Positions 37,926 to 48,068 of a stretch of DNA of 64,000 nt are shown in pieces; position 1 is the stretch's first letter, and each line of letters begins with the position of its first letter. The notes beneath the pieces were generated by a model. That model saw only the letters and a program-made list of their open reading frames with translations, did no database searches and was not told where the DNA came from. Source of the stretch: an uncultured Melioribacter sp. (lineage in GTDB: Bacteria; Bacteroidota; Ignavibacteria; Kapaibacteriales; Kapaibacteriaceae); assembly GCA_964484755.1 (NCBI GenBank), contig CAZAGH010000002.1, forward strand, positions 24,783 through 88,782, given 5' to 3'. The position numbers were made by a program, and so were the translations under genes.

Positions 37926-40559
37926 TTGCAGAAATGCACGAACGAGCTTCTTTCCTATTGCAAACCGATTATGCGACAACCTATACGACTGTTGTTACAA
38001 CTTCTCATTCTTGTCCTTTTGTCCGCGAATGCCGTCTCTGGTGTGGGGTATGCCAATCTGACCCCCGACCAGTACGCTTCGTTCATTTCCAATGACACAC
38101 GCAAGGTCTATGACTTGAGTGGTTCGTGGCAAATCATCGAAGATGGTAAACCCGTTGCTGCCCTCAGTGTTCCAAGTCATATCCTTGGACGTGACTACGT
38201 GAAGCTGCGCAAGACGGTCAAGATGGAGCAAGCCGCGATTCTTTCACATACGTGGCATCTTCATCTGCTCGGAGCCGTTGAAGAAGTCGAGCTCTTCGTT
38301 AATGGACGCTACATCATGCGTTATCCCGGTGGAATGGCCCCATTCATGATCAGGGTACCTGATGGACTCTTGCAAGCCGGACAAAACACGATTGAACTTG
38401 GAATCTCAAGACTAACAGGCCTCACCTACCGCATTCAGCGCAACGCTCGTGCTTCGTCGGTGCAGCGGATGGGGCTCCTGCGAGAAGTCTTCTTGATTGG
38501 CACTCCGCATGTATGGACGGAGGACATACAGGTTCGCTCCTCTGTGCGTTCAGGAGTCGGCACTATTAACGTGAAGGCTCGAATCAAGAGTGGACTTGTT
38601 GAGAATATCGTTCGTCAGCAGGTCTCCGACGGATTATCCGTAGGCAGTGCAACAGTGCAAGTCGAGGCAATACTGATCGACCGTGCAAGTAAGCAGGTTA
38701 TCGCCCGCTCGGGCTCTCGCTCTCTCAGCATCGCGAGGTCTCGTGAGGTAAGCCTTCCATTTACGCTCAATGTCTATAATCCAAATCAGTGGACGCTATC
38801 CAACCCGCACCTATATGAGTTGGTGGTTCGCGTAGACCACAACGGGACACTACTCGATACCTACACACGCAACTTTGGTTTCCGCACTGTTTCGATTACA
38901 ACGATTGATGGAGTTCGTCGGTTTACACTCAATGACTCCGTGATTCGCCTGCACTCAATCGACTATATCGAAGACTATCCAGTCCTCGGTGCTTCGATGT
39001 CCTACGGACAATTCCGCCGCGACGTTTCCATGCTAAAGACGCTCGGTGTCAATGCCATTCGGATACGGCATAGTGTTCCCCATCCAGTCCTGCTCGACCT
39101 TTGTGACCAATATGGCATCATGGTCATGGTTGAGGCCCCTCTTGCTGACGTTCCGACGTCAATGCTGAAGAACGACGAAGTAGTTACACGATATCGCAAT
39201 GCGGCAGAGCGCATAAGTCTCTACGTTGAGTCGCACCCATCAGTGATGGCCGTTGGTATTAGTGATGGCCTTGATGAAGCATCGGCAGCTGTGCCGGAAT
39301 ATCATCGTCAGGTATTGCAGGTCTTCCGAAAGCAAACGAGCAAGCAACTGTACAAGGTAGTGCCTTCCTCGCTGCTGAATTCAACTAGTGAAGGGGGCTT
39401 TGACTTCATCGTTATTAAGTTCTATTCTCCCTCCGACAGCACAGTATTCACGACACTTCGGCAGGATGTTGCCCGAATGTTCCGGAGCGCTGCCGTGCTT
39501 GCCGAATTCGGCACTGCGATTTCGCCGGTCAACCTGAATGGGTTTAGCGATGCTTTGTCTAACGAAGCCCAGGCATTAAATATCAGCAAGTTCTATAACT
39601 GGTCATTTTCTGCTGGTCTTGCCGGTGTGGTTGTATGGTCGTTCAATGATTACACCCTCGATCGTCCAACAATGCTCGTTGACCATTTCGACTCGCACAT
39701 CTCAACAAGTGGACTGGTAGATGTGTATCGACAGCGCCGAGTTGCCTATGATGTCTACAAAGCGCTCATCAACGATGAAAAGCTTCCACTTCTACAGGCC
39801 CGTGACAACGTGTTTACTACACCGTTTGTGTTCATTATTGCTGGTCTGCTGCTGGCACTCGCCATTGCATTTACTGCTAACCAGTCGCGTCGATTCCGCG
39901 AGTATGTTATCCGTGCCGTGCTACGTCCGTATAATTTTTACTCTGACATTCGTGATCAGAGAATTCTGTCGATCTCACAGACAACCTTACTTGCAATTGT
40001 ACTCTCCTCGAGTGTAGGTCTGGTAATGTCTTCATTCTTTTTCTTTATACGCATTGATCCAGCAGTAGAGTATCTACTACACATTCTACTTGCAAGTGAT
40101 GCTACGTATGAAGTTCTGCGATATATCTCATGGCACCCTGAGGTTGGCATCATAGCTTGGACTGTTGCTGTGCTCCTGGCATTCATCATTCTCGCTGCAT
40201 TGCTTCGCATTGGAGCGATGTTTGTGAGAGGTCGTATCTACATGCGCGATACATTCACGATTGTCGTCTGGTCGTCACTGCCGCTCCTTGCTTTGCTACC
40301 AATCGGGATCGGACTCTACCAGGCTCTATCAACAAATCAGTTGTCCGTTGTTGTGCCGCTATTGATGTTCGGCCTAGCCTTTTGGAGCATCATACGCGTA
40401 CTACGTGCAACATCCGTTGTTTTTGACGTACGATCCTCGATCGTCTACCTCCTCGGGCTTAGCGTGTTCTCCTTGATCGTGGCCACAGCTGTCATCTCAT
40501 GGAACATGTCGTACGATGGATTCGCGTTCCTTGGATACTACCTATCAGTTGTTTCGTAA
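37926..40559 (+). CDS. glycoside hydrolase family 2-like domain fused to C-terminal polytopic membrane domain
   Basis: Signal peptide (MRQPIRLLLQLLILVLLSANA, probable start near 37971). GH2 TIM-barrel signature GVNAIRIRHSVPHPVLLDLCDQYGIMVMVEAP matches LacZ NAVRCSHYPNHP...LCDRYGLYVVDEA. A nucleophile-like AVLAEFGTA motif is followed by the VWSFNDY motif. The last ~290 aa carry about 6-7 hydrophobic helices. Confidence 0.55.
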   Translation: MQKCTNELLSYCKPIMRQPIRLLLQLLILVLLSANAVSGVGYANLTPDQYASFISNDTRKVYDLSGSWQIIEDGKPVAALSVPSHILGRDYVKLRKTVKMEQAAILSHTWHLHLLGAVEEVELFVNGRYIMRYPGGMAPFMIRVPDGLLQAGQNTIELGISRLTGLTYRIQRNARASSVQRMGLLREVFLIGTPHVWTEDIQVRSSVRSGVGTINVKARIKSGLVENIVRQQVSDGLSVGSATVQVEAILIDRASKQVIARSGSRSLSIARSREVSLPFTLNVYNPNQWTLSNPHLYELVVRVDHNGTLLDTYTRNFGFRTVSITTIDGVRRFTLNDSVIRLHSIDYIEDYPVLGASMSYGQFRRDVSMLKTLGVNAIRIRHSVPHPVLLDLCDQYGIMVMVEAPLADVPTSMLKNDEVVTRYRNAAERISLYVESHPSVMAVGISDGLDEASAAVPEYHRQVLQVFRKQTSKQLYKVVPSSLLNSTSEGGFDFIVIKFYSPSDSTVFTTLRQDVARMFRSAAVLAEFGTAISPVNLNGFSDALSNEAQALNISKFYNWSFSAGLAGVVVWSFNDYTLDRPTMLVDHFDSHISTSGLVDVYRQRRVAYDVYKALINDEKLPLLQARDNVFTTPFVFIIAGLLLALAIAFTANQSRRFREYVIRAVLRPYNFYSDIRDQRILSISQTTLLAIVLSSSVGLVMSSFFFFIRIDPAVEYLLHILLASDATYEVLRYISWHPEVGIIAWTVAVLLAFIILAALLRIGAMFVRGRIYMRDTFTIVVWSSLPLLALLPIGIGLYQALSTNQLSVVVPLLMFGLAFWSIIRVLRATSVVFDVRSSIVYLLGLSVFSLIVATAVISWNMSYDGFAFLGYYLSVVS

Positions 40560-40561
40560 TA

Positions 40562-41668
40562 ATGCAGGTACATCGCACACACTCTCATCCTGAACAACGT
40601 TCTTTAACTCAGCGCGAGACCTCGATCCTCCAAGCGGTCGTGCACCTGTTCATCCTGCATGGAGTGCCCGTTGGGTCGAGGAATGTCTCAAAGTACCTAG
40701 AACGTACGCTGCCCCTCAGTCCGGCAACGGTACGTAACAGTATGATGGATCTGGAAGAGATGGGATACATTATGCATCCGCACACATCTGCTGGACGCAT
40801 TCCTACGGATAAGGGTTACCGTTTCTACGTTGATTCCCTAGCTCCAACGCCCCCTGAGATCAATGCGGCACATCTTCATCTACCAGAATTCTCCGGGGCA
40901 TCACACGAGAGTATCATCAAGGATGCCTCACGGGTGCTCAGCTCGCTGAGTCGCCATCTTGCGTTGGTTCAGATCCCACAGTTACAGAGTGCGCTTGTGC
41001 GACGGGTCGAGCTTGTTCGCCTCTCATCAGAGCGCTTGGTCGTTATCATTGATCTGGACAGCGACACTATTCGCACGATCAGTTTGGAGACAACAACACC
41101 TATCGATTATGAAATGATTGATAGTCTGTCGCGGTTTGTAAATGAAAAACTTGCTGGACGACCTCTCCACGTCATAGACTCTGTCATTTCAGAGTCCGTC
41201 GATCAATTGACGTTTGCAGACCCATCATTGCTTCGGCTGTTTATTGATCAGCTCGGTAACATCACCCGCGAACACTCCTCGGGTAGCATTCATGTAAGTG
41301 GTACCACAAATCTGATAGACCAACCGGAAAGTGCCTCTCCCGACCGCTTACGCAGTGTTATTGAACTAATTGAAAATGAGGATGTGATCGTTCACCTTCT
41401 CGGCAGTGCATCAACGGCAGATGGTGTCTCAGTCCGCATCGGCAATGAGATCACGGACGCCAATCTTGCAGACTACTCACTTATCGCCACCACATATCGC
41501 GCTGGCACTGCACAGGGATCACTTGGCATCATCGGTCCGCGTCGAATGGACTATGGTCGCATGATCTCAATCGTGCAGATGATGTCCAGCGTATTGACGA
41601 GTACATTCAATTCACCTACACCAGATGGCTCGGAAAGTCGTCTATTGACCTCGATTAGAAAGCGTTAG
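40562..41668 (+). CDS. hrcA: heat-inducible transcription repressor HrcA
   Basis: N-terminal winged HTH (RETSILQAVVHLFILHGVPVGSRNVSK) and the HrcA C-domain. An internal ATG at 40562 avoids overlap with the upstream gene. grpE and dnaJ follow. Confidence 0.8.
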   Translation: MQVHRTHSHPEQRSLTQRETSILQAVVHLFILHGVPVGSRNVSKYLERTLPLSPATVRNSMMDLEEMGYIMHPHTSAGRIPTDKGYRFYVDSLAPTPPEINAAHLHLPEFSGASHESIIKDASRVLSSLSRHLALVQIPQLQSALVRRVELVRLSSERLVVIIDLDSDTIRTISLETTTPIDYEMIDSLSRFVNEKLAGRPLHVIDSVISESVDQLTFADPSLLRLFIDQLGNITREHSSGSIHVSGTTNLIDQPESASPDRLRSVIELIENEDVIVHLLGSASTADGVSVRIGNEITDANLADYSLIATTYRAGTAQGSLGIIGPRRMDYGRMISIVQMMSSVLTSTFNSPTPDGSESRLLTSIRKR

Positions 41669-41672
41669 AACA

Positions 41673-42197
41673 ATGGAACACACAACACAACAAGAAGACA
41701 ATCACCTGGAGCAAGACCAATCTCAGCAGGAGACAACGGACCTCCATGCCGAGCTTGCCCAGTGGAAGGAGCTTGCGATACGTCGGTTAGCCGAAGTAGA
41801 GAACATCCGCCGTCGCACCAACCTTGAAAAGCAAGAATTGCTCATGCATGCTGCTCAGCATACGATCACAAAAATGCTCCCAATCCTTGATGATCTCCAT
41901 GCTGCCGTCGAGGCTTCGCGCACAACACGCGATGCGGAGTCACTGATACAGGGCATCGAGATGATCTACACAAAGACCGTCAAGATCTTTGAAGAGTCTG
42001 GCGTGCAGGCCATAGAGGCGGCATCTGGGGAGCAGTTTGATGTAGAACGCCACGAAGCTCTCATGCACACACCGTCGGAGCATCCCGAAGGCTCTGTTAT
42101 TCAAAACGTACAGCGTGGATACCTGCTGCACGATAAAGTATTGCGACATGCTAAGGTCATCACATCAGCCGGGTCTGCGGCACAGAAGGGCGAGTAA
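41673..42197 (+). CDS. grpE: nucleotide exchange factor GrpE
   Basis: Acidic N-terminus, a coiled coil ([21 protein letters not shown]), and a C-terminal beta domain. 174 aa. Confidence 0.85.
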   Translation: MEHTTQQEDNHLEQDQSQQETTDLHAELAQWKELAIRRLAEVENIRRRTNLEKQELLMHAAQHTITKMLPILDDLHAAVEASRTTRDAESLIQGIEMIYTKTVKIFEESGVQAIEAASGEQFDVERHEALMHTPSEHPEGSVIQNVQRGYLLHDKVLRHAKVITSAGSAAQKGE

Positions 42198-42199
42198 GC

Positions 42200-43348
42200 A
42201 TGTCGCAACGTGATTTTTACGAGATACTTGGCGTCGAACGCGGTGCGTCAGCAGAAGAGATTAAGGGTGCCTATCGCAAGATGGCAATGAAGTACCACCC
42301 GGATCGCAACCCCGATAACGCCGAAGCCGAGGCAAAGTTTAAAGAGGCTGCCGCTGCTTACGATGTGTTAAGCGACCAGGATAAACGAGCCCGTTACGAC
42401 CAATACGGCCACGCTGGTGTTGGCGGTCAACAGGGATACCACGAGTACACCAACGTCAACGACATTTTTAGTGCTTTCGGCGACATTTTCGGACAGTCGA
42501 TCTTTGGCGACATGTTCGGTGGCCAGCAACGTGGATCTCGGCAGCGCTCTCGCAAGGAGCAAGGCGCCGATCTCAGAGTTCGCATGCCCCTTTCGCTCGA
42601 GGAGATAGCGACAGGTGTTGAAAAGACCATTAAGATCCGTCACATGAAAACATGTGGTTCGTGTTCGGGATCGGGCGCAAAGGGCAGTGGCGGCTATGCA
42701 TCCTGCAGCGCTTGCGGTGGTTCTGGCGAGGTGCGCCAGGTATCTCGCAGCGTATTCGGTCAATTCATCAACATCGCCCCTTGCGCCGCTTGCAGTGGCA
42801 ACGGCGAGATCCTGCAGGACAAGTGCGATACATGCTCGGGTGAAGGGCGTGTAGAGGGAGAAACGACCGTAAAAGTCACGATTCCAGCCGGTGTACGCAC
42901 AGGGAATTATATACCTCTCACCGGTAAGGGGCATGCAGGCCGCCGCGGTGGCCAGTCCGGTGATGCCATGGTCGTAATCGAAGAGGTCGAGCACGAGATC
43001 TTTGAACGTGAGGAAGACGACGTGCACATGCGGCACACTATTGACTTCCCTACCGCAGCCCTTGGTGGCGAAGTTGAGGTCCGCACACTGACGGGCGTGG
43101 CATCGTTGACAATCGAACCTGGCACCCAGCCCGGCAGCATTCTGCGTATGAAGGGCAAAGGGATACCCCATGTAAACCATCGTGGAACTGGGGATCAGTT
43201 GGTTCACATCGACATCTATGTGCCGACAAAGTTGAGTTCTGAAGAGCGTTCTGCGCTCCGCAAACTCTCAGGAAGCAACCACTTCAAACCTGTTGATCAA
43301 CGTCAAGCAGGAGATTTTTTCCAAAAAGTAAAAGAGGTTTTCTCGTAG
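42200..43348 (+). CDS. dnaJ: molecular chaperone DnaJ
   Basis: J domain (YHPDRNPD), a G/F-rich linker, four CxxCxGxG zinc-finger repeats, and a C-terminal domain. 382 aa. Confidence 0.9.
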   Translation: MSQRDFYEILGVERGASAEEIKGAYRKMAMKYHPDRNPDNAEAEAKFKEAAAAYDVLSDQDKRARYDQYGHAGVGGQQGYHEYTNVNDIFSAFGDIFGQSIFGDMFGGQQRGSRQRSRKEQGADLRVRMPLSLEEIATGVEKTIKIRHMKTCGSCSGSGAKGSGGYASCSACGGSGEVRQVSRSVFGQFINIAPCAACSGNGEILQDKCDTCSGEGRVEGETTVKVTIPAGVRTGNYIPLTGKGHAGRRGGQSGDAMVVIEEVEHEIFEREEDDVHMRHTIDFPTAALGGEVEVRTLTGVASLTIEPGTQPGSILRMKGKGIPHVNHRGTGDQLVHIDIYVPTKLSSEERSALRKLSGSNHFKPVDQRQAGDFFQKVKEVFS

Positions 43349-43384
43349 CATGACGAAAAGCCTCTGTGAAAGGGGCTATTAGCC

Positions 43385-43834
43385 ATGAAACGCATTATTA
43401 CCAATCTGCGCACGCACCTTATCGTAACACACCAAGAAGCCACAGTGATTCTGTGGCTTTCCTGTTTGATGGTCGCTGGAACCATTGGTAGCTCGCTCTG
43501 GCCAGAAACGGCAGTTCATGCACACGTTCCTGCACAGCAGATCATTACGATCCTCGACAGCATCCAACATCCGGCCAAGAGTTCGCCAACCGATTCTGTC
43601 GAACAGACAGACCCCGCACCGGCGAAATCGCCAGCACTCTCGATCCGGCTGGATATCAACCGAGCTTCCTCGACACAGCTGGAGAGTATTCCAGGCATCG
43701 GCCCTGCTACTGCCAGACGGATCATCGAGAGTCGTTCAAAGCGGAAGTTCACATCCGTAGAAGACCTGCTCGACGTCAAAGGAATCGGCAAAAAGAAACT
43801 TGATCGTATGCGACCATACATCTTCACACCGTAA
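43385..43834 (+). CDS. comEA: ComEA-like helix-hairpin-helix DNA-binding protein
   Basis: N-terminal TM segment and a C-terminal tandem HhH (DINRASSTQLESIPGIGPATARRIIESR ... LLDVKGIGKKKLDRM). Confidence 0.7.
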   Translation: MKRIITNLRTHLIVTHQEATVILWLSCLMVAGTIGSSLWPETAVHAHVPAQQIITILDSIQHPAKSSPTDSVEQTDPAPAKSPALSIRLDINRASSTQLESIPGIGPATARRIIESRSKRKFTSVEDLLDVKGIGKKKLDRMRPYIFTP

Positions 43835-43846
43835 TTTGCCGGGCAT

Positions 43847-44683
43847 ATGAACCTGACCGTGTACCTACATCCCGAGCGCCTGTTGATTGCATCATGGGCC
43901 CTCGAAGAGAATGTGCCCGTATTGCACGGATACCGGGAACTGCACCCGTATACCGAGATCAACCTTCGAGACTATGCCGTAGATCGTGTGCACGTTGTGC
44001 TTCACAGTTCAGATGTGCAGCTGCATTGGTTTCCCATCGACTTGAGCGAGGATCTTGATCAGCGCAGAGGCTTCGAAGCGTCAGCTTGGTTCAATCGCCC
44101 TGGGATGCAACCGTTGGAGTCTTCAGCATTTGCAACAGCGCTCATTTCGAGATCCACAATGCGAGCATTGGCATCCGCACAGTCCACCGTGCTTGATCGA
44201 CGCGATCACATGATAGGCCAATCTTGCATCACGGGTGTTGACCTTGATCTTGACATCCAAGCAGCCCTTGCCACGGCCTCTGCGCGACGCTCTCCATGGC
44301 TGCTTCTAGGGAGACGCTCAAACACGTGGCATGCGGTAATCATTGGCACCGAGCATCAGGCAACAGCACACGCCATGTTCCCAAATGAAGCGAATCTTGG
44401 CCATACGTCCACGGTCCACAAGATTCATCGCACCATGGAAGAACGATACGGGTGTTCACTTGATGCGCTTATGATGTTCGGAGATATGCTCACATCCGAC
44501 GATGTTGCCCAGTTACGGGATGACATCAACTTTGCCGACATCAAGGTCGCCCGTCTTCAACCGTTCAAACGTGTTCGTTCGCTTCTTGACGATGCAACAG
44601 AACAACGTCTACTGCGCCGCGCGCATGTGGTTGCTCCAATCGCGGGAACGATGTTCGCCCACACACTCGCACCGATCGACTAA
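43847..44683 (+). CDS. hypothetical protein (278 aa)
   Basis: Clean ORF between comEA and rsmD. No family recognised by eye. Confidence 0.4.
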   Translation: MNLTVYLHPERLLIASWALEENVPVLHGYRELHPYTEINLRDYAVDRVHVVLHSSDVQLHWFPIDLSEDLDQRRGFEASAWFNRPGMQPLESSAFATALISRSTMRALASAQSTVLDRRDHMIGQSCITGVDLDLDIQAALATASARRSPWLLLGRRSNTWHAVIIGTEHQATAHAMFPNEANLGHTSTVHKIHRTMEERYGCSLDALMMFGDMLTSDDVAQLRDDINFADIKVARLQPFKRVRSLLDDATEQRLLRRAHVVAPIAGTMFAHTLAPID

Positions 44684-44693
44684 CTGACGTAGT

Positions 44694-45254
44694 ATGCGGA
44701 TCATCGCTGGAACGCTCAAGAATAGGACAATTCCCTCGCCTGCTAGCGACGGTACAAGGCCAACGTCCGATCGCGGCCGTGAGACGCTCTTTCACATTCT
44801 TGCGCATCACTGTCCATTTGAAGAACGAAGTGTACTCGACCTCTACGCAGGTACGGGGGCACTTGGTTTCGAAGCTTTATCCCGCGGCGCATCATCAGTC
44901 ACATTTGTCGATACATCAACTGATGTCTGCCGACAACTGCGATCAACAGCCATTGAACTTGATGTCTCAGATGCTGTCCGAATCATACGTGCAGATGCCG
45001 CTGAGTACCTTCGCCATGGGGCTCCACACGAGCACGACATTGTGTTCGTCGACCCACCGTATGCACTGAAGTCGTGCAACGTTATTGCCGCATTGTTGCT
45101 TCAATCCAATGCACTTGCAGCGGGCGGCGTTGTGACACTTGAGCACAGCGACCAGGAACACCTCTTACCCAGTGATGAACTCGAACTGTTACGAAGGATC
45201 GAAATGGGGCTCACTACGTTCGATGTGCTCCGCCGTGTGAGCCCCGTAACGTAA
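44694..45254 (+). CDS. rsmD: 16S rRNA (guanine966-N2)-methyltransferase RsmD
   Basis: MRIIAGTLKNRTIPSP... with SAM-binding LDLYAGTGALGFEALSRGA and the FVDPPY motif. Confidence 0.8.
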   Translation: MRIIAGTLKNRTIPSPASDGTRPTSDRGRETLFHILAHHCPFEERSVLDLYAGTGALGFEALSRGASSVTFVDTSTDVCRQLRSTAIELDVSDAVRIIRADAAEYLRHGAPHEHDIVFVDPPYALKSCNVIAALLLQSNALAAGGVVTLEHSDQEHLLPSDELELLRRIEMGLTTFDVLRRVSPVT

Positions 45255-45263
45255 GTTTGCATC

Positions 45264-45743
45264 ATGCTTCGGCACGCTATATATCCTGGATCGTTCGATC
45301 CTATTACAAACGGCCATGTGGACGTCATCGAGCGAGCTGCTCAAATGTTCGACATTGTGACCGTTGTGATTGCGATCAACAGTAAGAAGACACCGCTCTT
45401 CAATGAGCAAGAACGTCTTGATATGGCAACCGAGGCCCTCTCGCATTTGCCAACCGTAAAGGTTGCTGTCCACTCAGGATTAGTCGTTGATTACGCCAAT
45501 GATCACGGGGCCAGTGTGATCGTCCGCGGGATTCGCGCCGTGAGCGATTTCGAGTATGAGTTTCAGATTGCGCTCATGAATCGCAAGCTGCAACCAAGCG
45601 TTTCAACGATCTTTCTCATGCCTCACGAGAAGTATACCTACCTGAATTCAAGCATCATACGCGAACTTGCCCGCTATAATCAGAACTTGGCGGACTTTGT
45701 GCCGTCATGCGTGGCACAACGCTTACAACAGAAGTTTCAATGA
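45264..45743 (+). CDS. coaD: phosphopantetheine adenylyltransferase CoaD
   Basis: AIYPGSFDPITNGHVDVIERA carries the (H/T)xGH motif. 159 aa. The rsmD-coaD pairing is conserved. Confidence 0.85.
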   Translation: MLRHAIYPGSFDPITNGHVDVIERAAQMFDIVTVVIAINSKKTPLFNEQERLDMATEALSHLPTVKVAVHSGLVVDYANDHGASVIVRGIRAVSDFEYEFQIALMNRKLQPSVSTIFLMPHEKYTYLNSSIIRELARYNQNLADFVPSCVAQRLQQKFQ

Positions 45744-47017
45744 AAGTACACATCGTTACGCTCGGATGCAGCAAGAACACCGTCGACAGTGAGACGCTTG
45801 CCGGACATCTGACAGCAAATCAACTTGAACTAGCCGGTTCAATTGAAGAGGCCGATACCCTTGTCATCAACACCTGCGGCTTCATCGATCAGGCTAAGGA
45901 AGAAAGTGTTAACACCATCCTCGAAGCTGCTGAACTGAAACGACAAGGTGCCATTCAGAAGTTGGTTGTTGCAGGGTGCCTCTCAGAGCGCTACGGCAGT
46001 GATCTACAATCAGAGATACCTGAGGTTGACCATTTCTTCGGCACCGAGGCCTACGAACAGATCATCAAGGCGATTTCTCCTGATCTGAAGTACTCACTTC
46101 TTGGCGAGCGGATCCTTTCCACGCCAAGTCACTACGCATATCTCAAAATTTCTGAGGGCTGCGACCATCCTTGTTCGTTCTGTGCAATTCCGTTGATGCG
46201 AGGAAAGCATCGAAGCATCCCGGAAGACACGCTTATTGCCTCGGCGAAGAATCTAACCTCACAGGGAGTTAAAGAGCTCGTGTTGGTAGCTCAAGACCTC
46301 ACCTATTACGGTAAGGACACCAACGATGAACGTACGCTCGCCCACCTTATCGAGCGTATGGCCAATGAATCTGGAGCAGAGTGGATTCGGCTCATGTACG
46401 CCTACCCATCAAAGTTTCCGCTTGATGTGCTTAAGGTGATCCGCGATAACAAAAATGTTTGCACCTATCTCGATATGCCGCTGCAGCATGCATCAACTGA
46501 AGTGCTGAAGAATATGCGTCGTGGAATCACCCGGCGGACAACTGAAGAACTCCTCGATCGTATTCGTCAGGAGGTACCTGGTATCGTGTTGCGGAGCACA
46601 TTCATTGTTGGATACCCCTCGGAAAACGAACGTGACGTTGATGAATTAGCAGAGTTCATTTCCAAGCAGCAATTCGACCGTCTTGGCGTCTTCACGTATT
46701 CACAGGAAGACGACACGTACGCCTATATCCTCGGTGATCCAATCGCTGCAGAGATCAAGGAAGAGCGCAGACAGCGCATCATGGATATTCAGAAGGAGAT
46801 CTCATTCGCAAAGAACCAGCAGAAGATCGGCTCAGTGCAGCGGGTTCTCATCGAAGAGGAAATCAATGGTGAGTACCGCGGCAGGACTGAGGCGGACGCT
46901 CCTGAAGTGGACAATGAGATCTACGTGCGATCAGCAAGCCCCTTGGCACCTGGTACATTCGTTAATGTGCTCGTTGACGACGCCATCGAATTCGACCTGT
47001 TTGGATCTCCGGTTTAA
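45707..47017 (+). CDS. rimO: ribosomal protein S12 methylthiotransferase RimO
   Basis: MKVHIVTLGCSKN begins an MTTase N-domain. Radical-SAM CDHPCSFCAIP and a TRAM domain follow. 436 aa. Confidence 0.75.
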   Translation: MRGTTLTTEVSMKVHIVTLGCSKNTVDSETLAGHLTANQLELAGSIEEADTLVINTCGFIDQAKEESVNTILEAAELKRQGAIQKLVVAGCLSERYGSDLQSEIPEVDHFFGTEAYEQIIKAISPDLKYSLLGERILSTPSHYAYLKISEGCDHPCSFCAIPLMRGKHRSIPEDTLIASAKNLTSQGVKELVLVAQDLTYYGKDTNDERTLAHLIERMANESGAEWIRLMYAYPSKFPLDVLKVIRDNKNVCTYLDMPLQHASTEVLKNMRRGITRRTTEELLDRIRQEVPGIVLRSTFIVGYPSENERDVDELAEFISKQQFDRLGVFTYSQEDDTYAYILGDPIAAEIKEERRQRIMDIQKEISFAKNQQKIGSVQRVLIEEEINGEYRGRTEADAPEVDNEIYVRSASPLAPGTFVNVLVDDAIEFDLFGSPV

Positions 47018-47397
47018 CGGCGATTGCTCCTATAAAGGACGACTGCCACGAACGCGCTAACGGCTGCCATGACCGTAAGAAGCAGAGCCACCTTCGCGTT
47101 GAAGTTGTGAGTCGGCCCAAAGAAGTCCCACATGCTCCATTGCAACCAGGCTCGCCATAGGAATGTCAAACAGAAGATGATCGTAGCCGACAGCGCCGCC
47201 GTATGGGTCCATGTCCTGCCATAGGCGTGCAGAATACCTAACACAACGAATAACGCTCCGAAGACGCCTCCGTTGAAGAGTGATGAGGTACTGTGGTTGG
47301 CCGTTATCTGATAGCCGTAAAGCCCCATGCCGACAAGAAACAAGCCGTAGCCGACCATAACAGCAGCTCGTCGAGTTGGTGTTGATACTATACGCAT
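47014..47397 (-). CDS. small four-TM membrane protein (TMEM14-like topology)
   Basis: 127 aa with four hydrophobic helices. No further assignment. Confidence 0.4.
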   Translation of the reverse strand: MRIVSTPTRRAAVMVGYGLFLVGMGLYGYQITANHSTSSLFNGGVFGALFVVLGILHAYGRTWTHTAALSATIIFCLTFLWRAWLQWSMWDFFGPTHNFNAKVALLLTVMAAVSAFVAVVLYRSNRR

Positions 47398-48068
47398 ACA
47401 CCATCTGTGATGTGCACGATGCGTGTGGCACTCTCGGCTAGCTCGATACTATGTGTTGCCACAATACATGTGAGCGACTCTTCTTGCTGGAGCTCACGCA
47501 GCAGTGCGCGGACATGCTGCGCATTTGCAGAGTCAAGGTTTCCGGTTGGCTCATCAGCAAACAACAACGCAGGCTTGTTCATGATGGCACGCGCAATAGC
47601 CACGCGCTGTTGTTCTCCACCAGACAGCTCCGACGGCATGTGCCGTGATCGTTCGCCTAGTCCGACGCGGTCCAAGAGCATCTCTGCGCGTATCGTGGCA
47701 TCCTTGCGGGCATCACCCCGGATAAGGGCCGGCATCATGATATTCTCAAGAGCAGTGAACTCAGGAAGTAGATGATGAAACTGATAGACAAACCCCACGT
47801 GCTCTAGTCGGAAACGTGCAAACTCATGTTCCTTCATGGAAGTATAATCGAAGATCCTGTCGCGAAGACGAACCCGCACCGAGCCCGAATCGAATGTGTC
47901 GATTGACGCCAACACATGCAACAACGTACTCTTGCCTGCTCCACTGGGTCCGACGATGGCTACAAACTCATGCGGCTCGACCGTGAATGAAGCCCCGCGA
48001 AGCACGCTAGCTGAGACTACGCCTTCAGTTCTGTAGACCTTACAGAGATCACGTGCCTCGAGTATCAT
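47388..48068 (-). CDS. lolD: ABC transporter ATP-binding protein, LolD/MacB-type
   Basis: Walker A GPSGAGKST, signature LSGGEQQRVAIARA, and Walker B LLFADEPTGNLD. 226 aa. Confidence 0.8.
   Translation of the reverse strand: MILEARDLCKVYRTEGVVSASVLRGASFTVEPHEFVAIVGPSGAGKSTLLHVLASIDTFDSGSVRVRLRDRIFDYTSMKEHEFARFRLEHVGFVYQFHHLLPEFTALENIMMPALIRGDARKDATIRAEMLLDRVGLGERSRHMPSELSGGEQQRVAIARAIMNKPALLFADEPTGNLDSANAQHVRALLRELQQEESLTCIVATHSIELAESATRIVHITDGVCV

Noticed and set aside
37926-40559. Initial idea that the GH2-like domain is a catalytically dead pseudo-glycosidase
   Set aside because: On re-alignment, a nucleophile-type AEFG motif and the downstream W-S-F-N-D motif are present, and a DE pair sits at the acid/base position. 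Inactivity cannot be asserted from sequence alone.
40380-40562. Looked for a CIRCE element (TTAGCACTC-N9-GAGTGCTAA) upstream of hrcA-grpE-dnaJ and of lon
   Set aside because: No match was seen by eye. Only a loose GGAAC-N20-GTTCC inverted repeat lies upstream of hrcA. No claim made.
42368-43207. 279-aa minus-strand ORF antisense to dnaJ
   Set aside because: dnaJ is unambiguous on the plus strand (J domain, zinc fingers). The antisense ORF is a by-product of the Gly/Cys-rich GC-biased region.
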